Shown here piece by piece: positions 49,571 through 59,590 of a stretch of DNA of 64,000 bases. The DNA lies in the NCBI GenBank assembly GCA_045863295.1, contig BTWA01000008.1:1-64000 (forward strand). The letters run 5' to 3'. The stretch's first letter is position 1; every line of letters begins with the position of its first letter. Under the pieces are notes generated by a model. It made no database searches. It saw nothing but the letters and a program-made list of their open reading frames with translations, and was not told where the DNA came from. The DNA comes from Candidatus Hydrogenedentota bacterium. GTDB taxonomy: Bacteria > Hydrogenedentota > Hydrogenedentia > Hydrogenedentales > SLHB01. A program made the position numbers and the translations under genes.

Positions 49571-52552
49571 TCACGATTCGTTCGTTGCATCGGTCGCAGG
49601 ATCCTTATGCACGAAAAACCAGCCGTACGCTAGATTGTTTTCTTTCTGAATATACGGCATATAGCCCATGTACTCCTGTTTGGGCTCAAAAGGGTCCAGA
49701 CGCGATAGTTTGTGCTCGGATTCCATCTCGTCCAGTCTCGACGAAACGTCCCGAATCCCAAAGGCGTTTTCATTTTCCGCCAAGTACGCCATGGACAATT
49801 GCTTCCCTGTTCCCGGCTCACGCAGAGGGGGATTGTCTTTCCATAGCTCCGACATAATGAGTTTCTTGGCGTCGTCAATATCTAATCCAAGGTCCATGCG
49901 ATACCACCGCGTTTCCATATTCTCAAAGGACTCGTGGCGCGCATTCTCTTCCGAAGTGATCCATATGAATTCCGGTTCGAGTTTGTACACCAGGTTCAAC
50001 GGACGCAGCACCGCTGCCAGTACATCACCCAAAGGAGTATTGTCTAGTTTTACGTGAGGTACGAAGCCGTTGGTCAGATAGGTGGCCGAGGGATCGTAGT
50101 CGCGCACAGGCCGTACAACGCGGTTGTCCACCACGATGTTCAAGTCCGCGTAAGAAGCGATTTGTTCCGCTACGCTGGCGATGTGCGTGTCCTCCAACTC
50201 CAGGCTGATCCTTTCCCGCAACTTTTCTTCCAGATATGCCTTGCCATGGTCTTTGCGCGGAGCACTGTCGGGAACACTCTCCGCCGGAGGCGCCGGGGCT
50301 GATGGTTCGGCCGGTTGATCATCAGGGAACTTCGCCTCGGGCAAAGTGGGCGGGTCGATAGCACTGGCCGGTGGATCGGCCAACGGAGGCAGGGCTGGGG
50401 CCAAAGGCTCGCCAAACGGGTCGGCCTCGGACGATTCCCTAAGAGGCTTTAACTGTGGAACTCCCGGAACCCTTCCGGCTCCAGGCTGTGGGAAGACCAG
50501 CTGCGGGTGCGGCATGCCACCTGGAACCATATTCGGCTTGCCAACCGCCGAACTGCGGACAAACGCCTCTGCCAGCGGTTCGCGCTCGCTGCCGGGGCCT
50601 TGCCAGTTCTGTGTGCCAATTTCCGCGATGAGTCCTTCAACATCAAGGAGTCGCGGGCTGGAAATAAACAGGAATCCCGGACGAATCGCATAGTCAAGCC
50701 GCATGGGGCGCAGCAATGCTTCCAACGCGCTGGCAACAGACACCTCCTTCAGTTGAATGCTGTCGACAATGCCGTCGCTGACAAAACCGGCCTCCCATAA
50801 ATCCTGCGGCGCTACATGTTCCATGTTAGGCGCGACGCCCGGTGCTATCAGTTCCGCCGGACACACCGCGCGGCTGTCGATCACGACGTTAATGCCCGTC
50901 TCTTCCCCAATAAACTCCGCAATCTTTGACAGCCGCATGACCGCGGGAAACTCCAGCGAAATGGCCCGCGCCAGCTTTTCCGCCAGGTCTGGGTCTACAG
51001 GTGCGGGTCTTGGGAGCGGAGCGAGCATGGGTACATCATCGCGGTGGACCACTTGCTGCTCGATCACGTACGTTTGCGGGGAATTCACAACCAATAGGTC
51101 ATCCTCAACGGGCTCTCGGGGAACACTTTCCGATGATTGCACCACTATGCTCGTTTCTACTACGTCGCCCGCGCGCGGTGGATCCACAGGCTCAACCTGC
51201 ACGGAGATTACATTGGGATCGCGCTGAACCGGAGCAACGTGCACCTCAACCACATCGGCACGCGTCGCGCTGGAAGGAATGAACTCAGATGCTTCAGGCA
51301 CGGCATCCTGCGGTGCCGCCGCCTGGTCTGGCGCGTTGGTCAGACCGACAAAAGCCAACGCGCACGTCACGCACATCGCCGCCACGGACCAACCGCGACG
51401 CGGTCGGGAAAAGCCTGCAATCATGGCGATTCTCCTTTTCAGGTGTTGCTTATCCTCAAGAATGCCCACGGCGCCGGGGACTGCCCGCATCCGATGCCCG
51501 GATTCAAACAGACTCACGATGGTAAGCCCATATTCGCTTACTTCCTCCTCGCTGAGATAGCGCAAGGCCAGCGCATCGCATGCGACTTCCCGATCCGCCC
51601 GCATCCGGTAAAAGGCATACCAAATCACGGGATTGAACCAATGCAGCGTCTGCAACAACGTGATAATCCAGTTGACGGGTATGTCCCAACGCTTGAAATG
51701 GGCAAGCTCATGCAGGATGACGTAGCGAAGACGGTTGCCATTGGCGGGGTCGAGAAACTCCCGCGGTACGAGCAATCGCGGGCGCAGGAACCCAAACAGG
51801 GCCGGCCCCCCTCGGAGATCCGACGCAATAAGGGCCACGGGCGACGCGATCTGCATTTGTGCCTTGCACCGTTCCAGTATCCTGAGCGCGGCTGGATCGG
51901 TCACGACCGGCTGCCGCCGTACCCCGCGCAAGAGGTGCATATTGGCAGCCAGCATAAGCAGGGCAAGCAACGCGGCGCCTGCCAGCCAGACCGCGGGAAC
52001 CACCTTGAATAAGGCATTCAGAGTCCATGACTCGCGCGCCGGAGGGAGCGGCGAATCCGCGGGAAGCGTGGCCGCTGGCGCTGGTGCGGCCACTTCAGAA
52101 CGCAACACGGGAGGTTCCGGATCGAACCGTGGTGCGGGGGCCACGGCGGGCTCCAACGTCGTAACCGAAACAGACTCGCTGGTGAATAGCTCAGACCTGC
52201 CGAGGGGCATCGCCGAATCCGCTTCCAACTCGTTGATCGGAAGGGTCCCGTGGAGCGGCAATAGTTCGGTGTCATTCCGTTCCGTGTCGAATCGCGGAAC
52301 GAGTGACGCGTACTCGCGGATCGTTTCCGCCGACGGTATCCAGTTGTACACGCTCCAAGGGTTCTCCATGCCCGATGGCATGACCAGTCGCAACGGCACG
52401 AGAAACCATAGCGCGAACACCCACCGGGGCGGCATCTGTTTGCGGGCCAACCCCTGCACCGCCAGCACGGCCACCACCATCAATGCCGCCCGCCACGAAT
52501 TCGACAGGGTCCACTCGAACGCGGCCGAAATCCAGTCCAGCGAATGGCTCAT
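49571..52552 (-). CDS. BlaR1/MecR1-type M56 metallopeptidase with duplicated secretin-N/STN-like C-terminal domains
   Basis: PALFGFLRPRLL, zinc motif HELAH.KRWD, HWFNP, REVACD, LKRRI; no penicillin-binding domain. Confidence 0.9.
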   Translation of the reverse strand: MSHSLDWISAAFEWTLSNSWRAALMVVAVLAVQGLARKQMPPRWVFALWFLVPLRLVMPSGMENPWSVYNWIPSAETIREYASLVPRFDTERNDTELLPLHGTLPINELEADSAMPLGRSELFTSESVSVTTLEPAVAPAPRFDPEPPVLRSEVAAPAPAATLPADSPLPPARESWTLNALFKVVPAVWLAGAALLALLMLAANMHLLRGVRRQPVVTDPAALRILERCKAQMQIASPVALIASDLRGGPALFGFLRPRLLVPREFLDPANGNRLRYVILHELAHFKRWDIPVNWIITLLQTLHWFNPVIWYAFYRMRADREVACDALALRYLSEEEVSEYGLTIVSLFESGHRMRAVPGAVGILEDKQHLKRRIAMIAGFSRPRRGWSVAAMCVTCALAFVGLTNAPDQAAAPQDAVPEASEFIPSSATRADVVEVHVAPVQRDPNVISVQVEPVDPPRAGDVVETSIVVQSSESVPREPVEDDLLVVNSPQTYVIEQQVVHRDDVPMLAPLPRPAPVDPDLAEKLARAISLEFPAVMRLSKIAEFIGEETGINVVIDSRAVCPAELIAPGVAPNMEHVAPQDLWEAGFVSDGIVDSIQLKEVSVASALEALLRPMRLDYAIRPGFLFISSPRLLDVEGLIAEIGTQNWQGPGSEREPLAEAFVRSSAVGKPNMVPGGMPHPQLVFPQPGAGRVPGVPQLKPLRESSEADPFGEPLAPALPPLADPPASAIDPPTLPEAKFPDDQPAEPSAPAPPAESVPDSAPRKDHGKAYLEEKLRERISLELEDTHIASVAEQIASYADLNIVVDNRVVRPVRDYDPSATYLTNGFVPHVKLDNTPLGDVLAAVLRPLNLVYKLEPEFIWITSEENARHESFENMETRWYRMDLGLDIDDAKKLIMSELWKDNPPLREPGTGKQLSMAYLAENENAFGIRDVSSRLDEMESEHKLSRLDPFEPKQEYMGYMPYIQKENNLAYGWFFVHKDPATDATNES

Positions 52553-52929
52553 GATCGCTTTCCCTTCTTGTCGAGCAACCGTTTGAGTTCATCAATCTCT
52601 TGCGGAGACAGTCGCGTCTCCTTAATCAGATGGACCATCATGGGAGTGAGTGCGCCCCCGTATACGCGCTCCAGCAGGGATCGGCTTTCGGCACGCGCGC
52701 AGACCTCCTCGGTTACCGCCGGAGAGTAATAAAAAGTGCGGCCGTCCGCTTCGTATTTCACCGCGCCTTTTTTCACCAGCCGGTTCAGCAGCGACTTCAC
52801 GGTGCGCGGCATCCAGTTGTTGTCATCGGGTACGGCATCGACAATTTCACCGGCCGTGCGAGGCGACTTTTCCCAGAGCACGCGCATGACTTCCCATTCG
52901 GCCTCGGATATTTTCGGAACGTTGGACAT
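52549..52929 (-). CDS. BlaI/MecI/CopY family repressor
   Basis: ISEAEWEVMRVLW, W.PRTVKSLLNRLVKKG, LS.QEIDELK; GGAGG RBS. Confidence 0.95.
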   Translation of the reverse strand: MSNVPKISEAEWEVMRVLWEKSPRTAGEIVDAVPDDNNWMPRTVKSLLNRLVKKGAVKYEADGRTFYYSPAVTEEVCARAESRSLLERVYGGALTPMMVHLIKETRLSPQEIDELKRLLDKKGKRS

Positions 52930-52943
52930 GAGAACCTCCAAAA

Positions 52944-52993
52944 ATGATTACGCCCGTAGTCATAATGATTACACACGTCGTCATGGCTGTCAA
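52944..52993 (-). promoter_or_regulatory. Tandem BlaI-type operators overlapping the promoter
   Basis: ATGATTACGCCCGTAGTCAT (52944-52963) and ATGATTACACACGTCGTCAT (52965-52984); minus-strand TTGACA at 52988-52993. Confidence 0.75.
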
Positions 52994-53058
52994 GAAGTCT
53001 TTTTGGGGCAAACCCCACCGCCTAAGTGCGCGAAAGCGGAAGCGGGATGCTGCCGTGC

Positions 53059-53724
53059 CTACTTCGGCAGCAGACCGGGAACGAGGTAAATGCCTTCGTA
53101 TGCTTCGTAGAGGGCGGCCACGGCAAGTAAAAGCGCGATAAGCAGATACACGGTGGCCGCATGTCGCAACCCCCTGCCATACCCGCCGATCCGGGTTGTC
53201 GCTCCCACCCAGGCCGGCTTGATCAGACCCGCGCCTTGCAACCAGACCGTAAGTCCGGCCAGCACATAGGCCTCGCCTTCCAGCAGCAGGGTTCCGTAAT
53301 GGGGATAAACGCCGAGCCCCAACGGATGGTCAATCGGGGTAAAGAGCAGACCCCACAAAAACGCGCGCCAGAACAGGAGCGCCAACCCGCTGAAGGGAAG
53401 AATAAGGGAAGGCACATTCGCCTGCAGAATACTGCCTATCACAAGATTGATGGCGAATGTCAGGGCGGCTGCTTTCAGGAAATGACCTGATTGGTAAGCG
53501 TCGGCCACACCGGATAGAAATCCCGATTCGACGGCCTTCGCCACTTCGTTCAAAAGTAGTTCGCGAATCTCAGGCATGCGGTGGCTCACGACCATCCCTG
53601 CAGCCACCAATCCGAAATAGAAGAAGTTGAGAATTAGAAACGCGCGCCAATGCCGCCGAACCAACCCCCCGGCGCATTGGATACCGAAACAGACCTGCTT
53701 GGCGTCTACAAATGCATCGTCCAT
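53059..53724 (-). CDS. SpoIIM-like integral membrane protein
   Basis: Multiple TM helices, PH..LLLE...Y and LL.VAALYEA.E pattern. Confidence 0.6.
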   Translation of the reverse strand: MDDAFVDAKQVCFGIQCAGGLVRRHWRAFLILNFFYFGLVAAGMVVSHRMPEIRELLLNEVAKAVESGFLSGVADAYQSGHFLKAAALTFAINLVIGSILQANVPSLILPFSGLALLFWRAFLWGLLFTPIDHPLGLGVYPHYGTLLLEGEAYVLAGLTVWLQGAGLIKPAWVGATTRIGGYGRGLRHAATVYLLIALLLAVAALYEAYEGIYLVPGLLPK

Positions 53725-53955
53725 ACTCGCCCCCTTTATGGACAGTGCCGCGGCTCTCGCGCTGGTAGTAGCATCCTCCAATCGGCCCCAAAAGGCAAGG
53801 GGGCTACAGCGGGCTCGGAGTCGCCCACGTGGCGAAAAGGGTTTCGCGCACGCACTGGATTATTGAGTCAACGCTTGATGGGCCAGCCACATTGGGGTAG
53901 ATTGCTGCTTGGGATTCGAGTTCCCCGGGGCAACGCAACAAGGAACCCACACGCC

Positions 53956-55218
53956 ATGACGACGCCAATTTCCCGCCGCATCTTCCTGGGTGCGGCCGCC
54001 ACGGCCGCGATCGCCGCGTCCACCCGAACTGGGAAAGCCGCCGCTTCCGATCGCATTCGCGTGGCCGCATTCGGCTGCAAGAACCGAGGCGGACAGGTGG
54101 CCGCCGACATGCAGAAGAGTGGCCAGTTCGACGTGGTCGCGCTATGCGATTGCGACGAATCCATGTTTGCCGAGGCGCGAAAAGAACTCGCGGAAACAGA
54201 CGCAAAGCCTGCCTTGTTGAACGATTTCCGAAAAGCGCTCGACGACAGCACCGTCGACGCGGTCATCGTTGCCGTGCCCGATCATTGGCATGCATTGATG
54301 ACCTGCATGGCGCTCGACGCCGGCAAGCATGTGTATTGCGAGAAACCGATGTCCTACAACATCGGCGACGGACAGGCCATTTGCATGGCACAGGACAAGC
54401 ATCCGGACCGCGTGGTACACGTGGGCACCCAACACCGCAGCGGCAAGCACTTTCAGGAATGCCGCGACTTCATTCGCAACGGCGGACTCGGAAAAATCGC
54501 TTTCTGCCGCGCGTGGATGTGCCAGTCGCGCAGCGCGCTGCCGCCCATGGAACCGAGTGAGCCGCCCACCGGATTCAACTACGATCTCTGGGTGGGGCCC
54601 GCGCCGTTCCGCCCGTATGTCGAGAACATGACCCACTACAATTGGCATTGGGTGATCGATTTCGGCACCGGCGAAATGGGCAACTGGGGCGTGCACTGGC
54701 TGGATACGGCCCGATGGATCCTGGGGGTGGACTTGCCGGATGCCGTCACGAGCGCAGCGGGCCAATATGTCACGCGCGATGCAAAGCAGTGGCCCGACAC
54801 GCAAACGGTCATGTACGAATTCCCGAACCTCACGATGTTGTGGGAACAACGCCTTTGGACAAACGTAGGAGTTCACGGACGCAAGACAGGCGTTGAATTC
54901 TCCGGCGAAAAGGGCATCGTCATTCTTGAGCGAAGCGGATGGGAATTCATTCCGCGCGAAGGTGAACCCGTCAAACATCCAGGCAGCGACCTGATGCTCG
55001 GCCACGTGACCAATTTTGCCGAGGCCATCCGCGGACAGGCCAAGTCCATCGTGCCGGCCCGCGAGGGCCATCTGAGCGCGGCCCTGTGCCATCTTGGAAA
55101 CATTGCCGCGATGACGATGAACCGCCTCGACGTCGGCGACGAATCCAACCTCTTGCCCAACAACCCCAGTGCCCAAACATGGCTCAAACGGGAAAACCGG
55201 GAAGGTTGGCAATCCTGA
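53956..55218 (+). CDS. Tat-exported Gfo/Idh/MocA oxidoreductase
   Basis: SRRIFL Tat motif, PDHWH, HVYCEKP, GEMGNWGVH.LD. Confidence 0.93.
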   Translation: MTTPISRRIFLGAAATAAIAASTRTGKAAASDRIRVAAFGCKNRGGQVAADMQKSGQFDVVALCDCDESMFAEARKELAETDAKPALLNDFRKALDDSTVDAVIVAVPDHWHALMTCMALDAGKHVYCEKPMSYNIGDGQAICMAQDKHPDRVVHVGTQHRSGKHFQECRDFIRNGGLGKIAFCRAWMCQSRSALPPMEPSEPPTGFNYDLWVGPAPFRPYVENMTHYNWHWVIDFGTGEMGNWGVHWLDTARWILGVDLPDAVTSAAGQYVTRDAKQWPDTQTVMYEFPNLTMLWEQRLWTNVGVHGRKTGVEFSGEKGIVILERSGWEFIPREGEPVKHPGSDLMLGHVTNFAEAIRGQAKSIVPAREGHLSAALCHLGNIAAMTMNRLDVGDESNLLPNNPSAQTWLKRENREGWQS

Positions 55219-55381
55219 TCGGTAATCCAACGGCGTTTTGACAACCTTTGCCCATGTTTGGTCCAATACCCGCCAGAGTCGTGTCTGCAACCGCTGTTTT
55301 TCCGACACGCCCGATGCGTGTAGGTCCAATTCCGGGAGGCCGGTCGTGCCGGATCCTCAAGTTTCCCGCCCACAACAAAAT

Positions 55382-55969
55382 ATGCTCTGGATATTGCCCA
55401 TCCTGCTTGCGTGGAGTGTGTTCATGGTGGTGGGCCTGTATCCCGAACTCTTTTACACCCTGTTGCGGCAATTGGGGCGCGTGGTCACTCAAAATGCCCT
55501 CGTCAATTCTCCCCACTTCGTAACCGTCGCGCTGGCGGCCTATTATGGGTGGTTCACCTACCAACGCTGCCTGGAATCGGGCATGCCGCCCATGCATGCA
55601 AAGGCGCGCGGCGTGCAATTTCTGGTGGTGTCGTCGCTGGCATTTCTCAATTTCAATCCGGCATGGGTGGTATTGGCAGGGCAATTGCCAAACAATGGGT
55701 CACGTATTGCCCTTATTGGCATTATTATCGCCAAGTTGGGTGCATGGTTTTACCTGTGCCTGCTGATATTCCGCTATTACATGCTGGGCCAGGCAGGGGT
55801 CTTTTCAGAGGTACCGGCCGACAAGGAATACGCACCCGAACCGGCAACCGAGACACCGCACATGCATGAGAATAACGGGCGGCATGCATTTCCGCATAAA
55901 TCACTTCCACCCTCCGATACCGCCGATTTCCAGGAACAGAAACAAGGGGATGTCGCCGATCCCCGGTAA
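55382..55969 (+). CDS. Hypothetical membrane protein (about 4 TM helices)
   Basis: Hydrophobic helices from MLWILPILL; start uncertain. Confidence 0.6.
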   Translation: MLWILPILLAWSVFMVVGLYPELFYTLLRQLGRVVTQNALVNSPHFVTVALAAYYGWFTYQRCLESGMPPMHAKARGVQFLVVSSLAFLNFNPAWVVLAGQLPNNGSRIALIGIIIAKLGAWFYLCLLIFRYYMLGQAGVFSEVPADKEYAPEPATETPHMHENNGRHAFPHKSLPPSDTADFQEQKQGDVADPR

Positions 55970-56129
55970 GGGCCGCTTCCCCGCATCAAGGAGGCCCCAC
56001 CCGTCAACGTATTGGGCCGGGACCACGTTGTACCGGGGTGCACAATCGTGTGTACGTTGTAACGCGGGACCGGATCAGGACTATAGTCTACCGAGGCTTG
56101 TTCTGCCGCCCGGGTGGATAATTGGAACC

Positions 56130-57236
56130 ATGGCGCATTTCGTCGTTCGATTGACTGTATTGCTCTCCTTCTTCACGCCGGTCTTCGTTGCATGGGCGGG
56201 TCAACTGGCCCTGGGCACGCCTATCGTTGAAGGCAACGAGATTTCCATACCTGTCGTATTGAACAGCAATACCGGCAAGGGCGTGGCGGCGATGAATTTC
56301 ACGGTGTCCTATGATCCCGCCGTGCTGGAACCCAAATCCGCCTTGCAGGGTACGGCGGCTGTCCCGGCGGATCGACAGTTGCACGCCAACCTCGCCGAAC
56401 CCGGATCGTACGTCGTGGTGATGATGGGGCTGAGTCAGCAGACCGTGACCGAGGGCGAAGTGGCGCGGTTGCTGTTTCAGCGAAAAGACGCGAACGTCGA
56501 GTCCACGGCGCTGTCACTCGTAAACACGGCATTTGCGGCTTTGGACGGGACGGAAGTGCCCTCCTACGGAAGTGATGCGGTACTTCAATTCACTGGCCCG
56601 AAAGAGGAACCCGCGCCGGAAACGCCCCCAACCGATGATCCGGCGCCTGTGGATCCCTCCCCTCCCACCGATGAAACGCCGGCCAACGACGAAGATCCGG
56701 CCGCTCCCGCACCGCCGGTGGATGGAAATCCGATCGGCGGCTTGCCGGAGACCGAAGCCCCGCCGTTACCGCTGCCCGCGACTCCCCCTCAGTCCGGCGC
56801 GCCCTCCCCATCGTTGGGCCTGGCATCGCCGGAAATGACAGACCGCAAAGACCGGCTTGTCGCGGCACTGGATTCGTTGACCGATCAGGCCAGGTCAAAG
56901 CAGGAAGCACTCTCCGCGAACCATCCCGGGCCGGATCCCGTTCGTGTACCGACGGCACCCCAAACGGCCAGCCCACGAACTAGCGCCGTGAGTACGGATG
57001 CGCTCCCGGTGCAGGAAGTGACTGCCCCCGCCGTTCCAGCGGAAGCAACGGCGCTTGCATCACTGGCGATGCCCTCATCCGCCGTGCCGCAACCCGTTGA
57101 AACGCCTTCGACACCGCCTGCGTCAAGCCCCCCGGGAGTAAACGGAAACACCCACTGGGCGGGGATCGCGGGATTGGTATCGGCCGTGGTGCTGATAGTT
57201 ACCGTATTGACGCGTCGCGGCCTGTTTGGCCGGTAA
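56130..57236 (+). CDS. Cohesin-like domain surface protein with Pro-rich stalk and C-terminal anchor
   Basis: Signal peptide; ISIPVVL...VAAMNFTVSYDPAVLE...GEVARLLF; PAP-rich linker; C-terminal TM followed by RR. Confidence 0.75.
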   Translation: MAHFVVRLTVLLSFFTPVFVAWAGQLALGTPIVEGNEISIPVVLNSNTGKGVAAMNFTVSYDPAVLEPKSALQGTAAVPADRQLHANLAEPGSYVVVMMGLSQQTVTEGEVARLLFQRKDANVESTALSLVNTAFAALDGTEVPSYGSDAVLQFTGPKEEPAPETPPTDDPAPVDPSPPTDETPANDEDPAAPAPPVDGNPIGGLPETEAPPLPLPATPPQSGAPSPSLGLASPEMTDRKDRLVAALDSLTDQARSKQEALSANHPGPDPVRVPTAPQTASPRTSAVSTDALPVQEVTAPAVPAEATALASLAMPSSAVPQPVETPSTPPASSPPGVNGNTHWAGIAGLVSAVVLIVTVLTRRGLFGR

Positions 57237-57447
57237 CCACGTCGTCCAGCCGCTGCCATTCCTTCGGCATCGCTGCCTGGGAACAGCAGACATTCCTTCC
57301 ACACGTGTTGTCGATGCGCGCAAGCACATGGCACCAACTCTGCCGCATCGAATTCCTTCTCGTTTTGATGTACAGTTGGCGTCATCCACGCGCGCTGCGA
57401 CAGCACGCGATTCAACTCGCGAGGATGTGCCTTGACAGGATTCCTGT

Positions 57448-58383
57448 ATGGCGATTGACGTCGTCATTGTCAGTTACAACACGGCGGACTTATTGCGCCG
57501 GTGCCTTCAGTCCATCGCCCATACGGCATCCGATCGAACGGATTGGGCCGTCTACGTGGTAGACAATGCCAGTTCCGACGGCAGCGTCGACATGATTACG
57601 CGCGAATTCCCTGGTATGACGGTTATCCCGCTGGAATCGAATATCGGTTTCGGCCCCGCCAACAATGCCGGCGCCAAAGCCGGCAAAAACCCGCTCATCC
57701 TCTTTCTGAATTCCGACGCTGAATTGACTCCCGGAGTGTTGAACGCCATGGAAAGAATGCTGTTGGACGATGAAAGCGCGATTGCAGTGGGGCCAAAACT
57801 CGTGTACCCCGAAGGATCCTTTCAGCCGTCGTGCCGCCGGTTTCCAAACCCCTTGCGCAATTTCTGGCAACTCGCGGGGTTGCACACCAAATTCCCGTCC
57901 CTGTTTCCACGAGCACACACATGGCTCTCACAAGCCGAACACGAAGCAGCGCACGAAGTGGACATGGTCTCCGGCGCCTGTTTTCTGATTCGCCGCACCT
58001 ACTTCGAATCGGTCGGCGGGTTTGACGATCGCGTGTTTCTATACGAAGAGGAACTTGACCTGTTCTATCCGACGCGCCGGAGAGGCTTGTCTGTCTTGTA
58101 TTGCCCCGCGGCAACTGTCATCCATCATCACGGCGCCAGCTCAGGCGAAAAGCAAGGCAGCGAACTCGCGCAATACCACCTGTTCTTCAGCAAGTATCTC
58201 GTCTTTGAAAAACACTACGGCCCCTGGTCCGCGACCATCACCTATTGGACCGACCAAATCCTATACGGCCTCTCCGCCCTGCTGAACCGACTGCGCGGCA
58301 AGCAAACCCCAGCCACCCAACTCCGCGCCAAAAGCCAAAAAGCCTACCGCGCATCGAAGATCATGCAAAAACGACAATCCTAA
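57448..58383 (+). CDS. Glycosyltransferase family 2 (WbbL-like)
   Basis: VVIVSYN, VVDNASSDGS, NIGFG.ANN, LNSD, VSGAC, GGFD...FLY.EE.DL. Confidence 0.93.
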   Translation: MAIDVVIVSYNTADLLRRCLQSIAHTASDRTDWAVYVVDNASSDGSVDMITREFPGMTVIPLESNIGFGPANNAGAKAGKNPLILFLNSDAELTPGVLNAMERMLLDDESAIAVGPKLVYPEGSFQPSCRRFPNPLRNFWQLAGLHTKFPSLFPRAHTWLSQAEHEAAHEVDMVSGACFLIRRTYFESVGGFDDRVFLYEEELDLFYPTRRRGLSVLYCPAATVIHHHGASSGEKQGSELAQYHLFFSKYLVFEKHYGPWSATITYWTDQILYGLSALLNRLRGKQTPATQLRAKSQKAYRASKIMQKRQS

Positions 58384-58399
58384 ATCGGCGAGTCGCCCA

Positions 58400-58445
58400 T
58401 TTGGACTGCGCCGGCAAAGTTCGAAGAACGGCGACGGCGCTTTGG
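58400..58445. repeat. REP-like palindromic element, copy 2
   Basis: TTTGGACTGCGCCG...CGGCGCTTTGG; homologous to 34822-34866 with compensatory changes. Confidence 0.65.
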
Positions 58446-58594
58446 CTGGCTGGAATGGAGCTGTTTCAATCTCGACGCAGCCCCACCCATCAAACGCGGC
58501 ACATAAACACACAACATTCATCTACTCGTTCAACATTCATAGGAATCGCCTCCCCTCAACTTCCCCCTGATCCGCGTCCATCTGCGTTTGTTCC

Positions 58595-58647
58595 CTCGTT
58601 CGCAAGCTTCCGCTTGGGAACGCACTCCCGAAAAGCTCCGCTTTGTC
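58595..58647. repeat. Second REP-like hairpin family
   Basis: CGTTCGCAAGC-TTCC-GCTTGGGAACG (58597-58622) followed by AAAGC-TCC-GCTTT. Confidence 0.55.
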
Positions 58648-58751
58648 TTCGTTTCCTTGCTGAACGGAAATATCCTCAACGCGAAAGGCGGCCCAATGCA
58701 GGCGTCGCACACATCCAACCCGCCCGCAATAACTGCCTCCCCTCCTTTCGT

Positions 58752-58781
58752 CCCATCTGCGCCCATCGGCGCTCATCTGCG
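58752..58781. repeat. 10-bp tandem repeat (CATCTGCG core), three copies
   Basis: cccatctgcg / cccatcggcg / ctcatctgcg; related pair at 58569-58587. Confidence 0.55.
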
Positions 58782-59590
58782 GACGAAAATGGTCTTCATT
58801 CCCGCACCTCCGCCCAATCCCTGTTCAGCACCGGCTTCTGGCAAAACGCCGGCATCGACGACATCCGCTTCACTGGCTCCAACCTCAAAACTTATACACT
58901 GGTCCACAAAAAGGGGGCAGCTCAAACCCATTAATCGTGATTATTTCCAAAGCGATGTTAGGTTTTATAACGATTGGGCTTTTCATCTATTTCTATGGAG
59001 GGATCATGACGCTAGACCCTTGAAACATAAGTCTTTTGACTTTCGTAAGTCTCCGGTTAGGAAGTTTGTGCACAGTGACCGTATTGACCTAACACCCACT
59101 CCCTTGGGCGGTCAGATTATACAGCTACGGCTTGTTCACTTGTTTGAACTCAGTTGCGACAGGGTTTCGGACCCTGTCACGCGTAGCGATCGGAGGTCTT
59201 GACATTGCGGAGCGTTGCACGAGTTGTTGGAATCGCCGTTGTATCGCTGGCAAATTGCACTATTGATAAAGCACATGATGGTTCAAACGCGCACTCGACA
59301 GCTAACCATGGGACTCAGGACTATGACGCAGTGCTTCCAGGCACATCTACCGCAGATGAGAACGAGTATACGGAGAATTCTGTCGCGAGTTTAATTGTGA
59401 ATCCTTTGGGAATGAGCGGGATGCAAAATCCGCACGGATCCGAATGACAACCACGACAATCTTTAATGGTCACACCCTTGACTTACTGCTGAGATGCATA
59501 TAGTCTATCGTCCTTATGCCGTTGTCTGATTGACGTATGGATAGTGTCAGGCATTTCGATTCTGCTTATCGCAATTACGAGGAAATTGGC

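Noticed and set aside
53890..53935. tRNA-like 'GGGATTCGAGTTCCCC' segment
   Set aside because: No cloverleaf, D-arm or acceptor stem can be built
58245..59202. ORFs 58245..58934 and 58588..59202
   Set aside because: They run through repeat/hairpin DNA, lack an RBS and have no protein-like motifs
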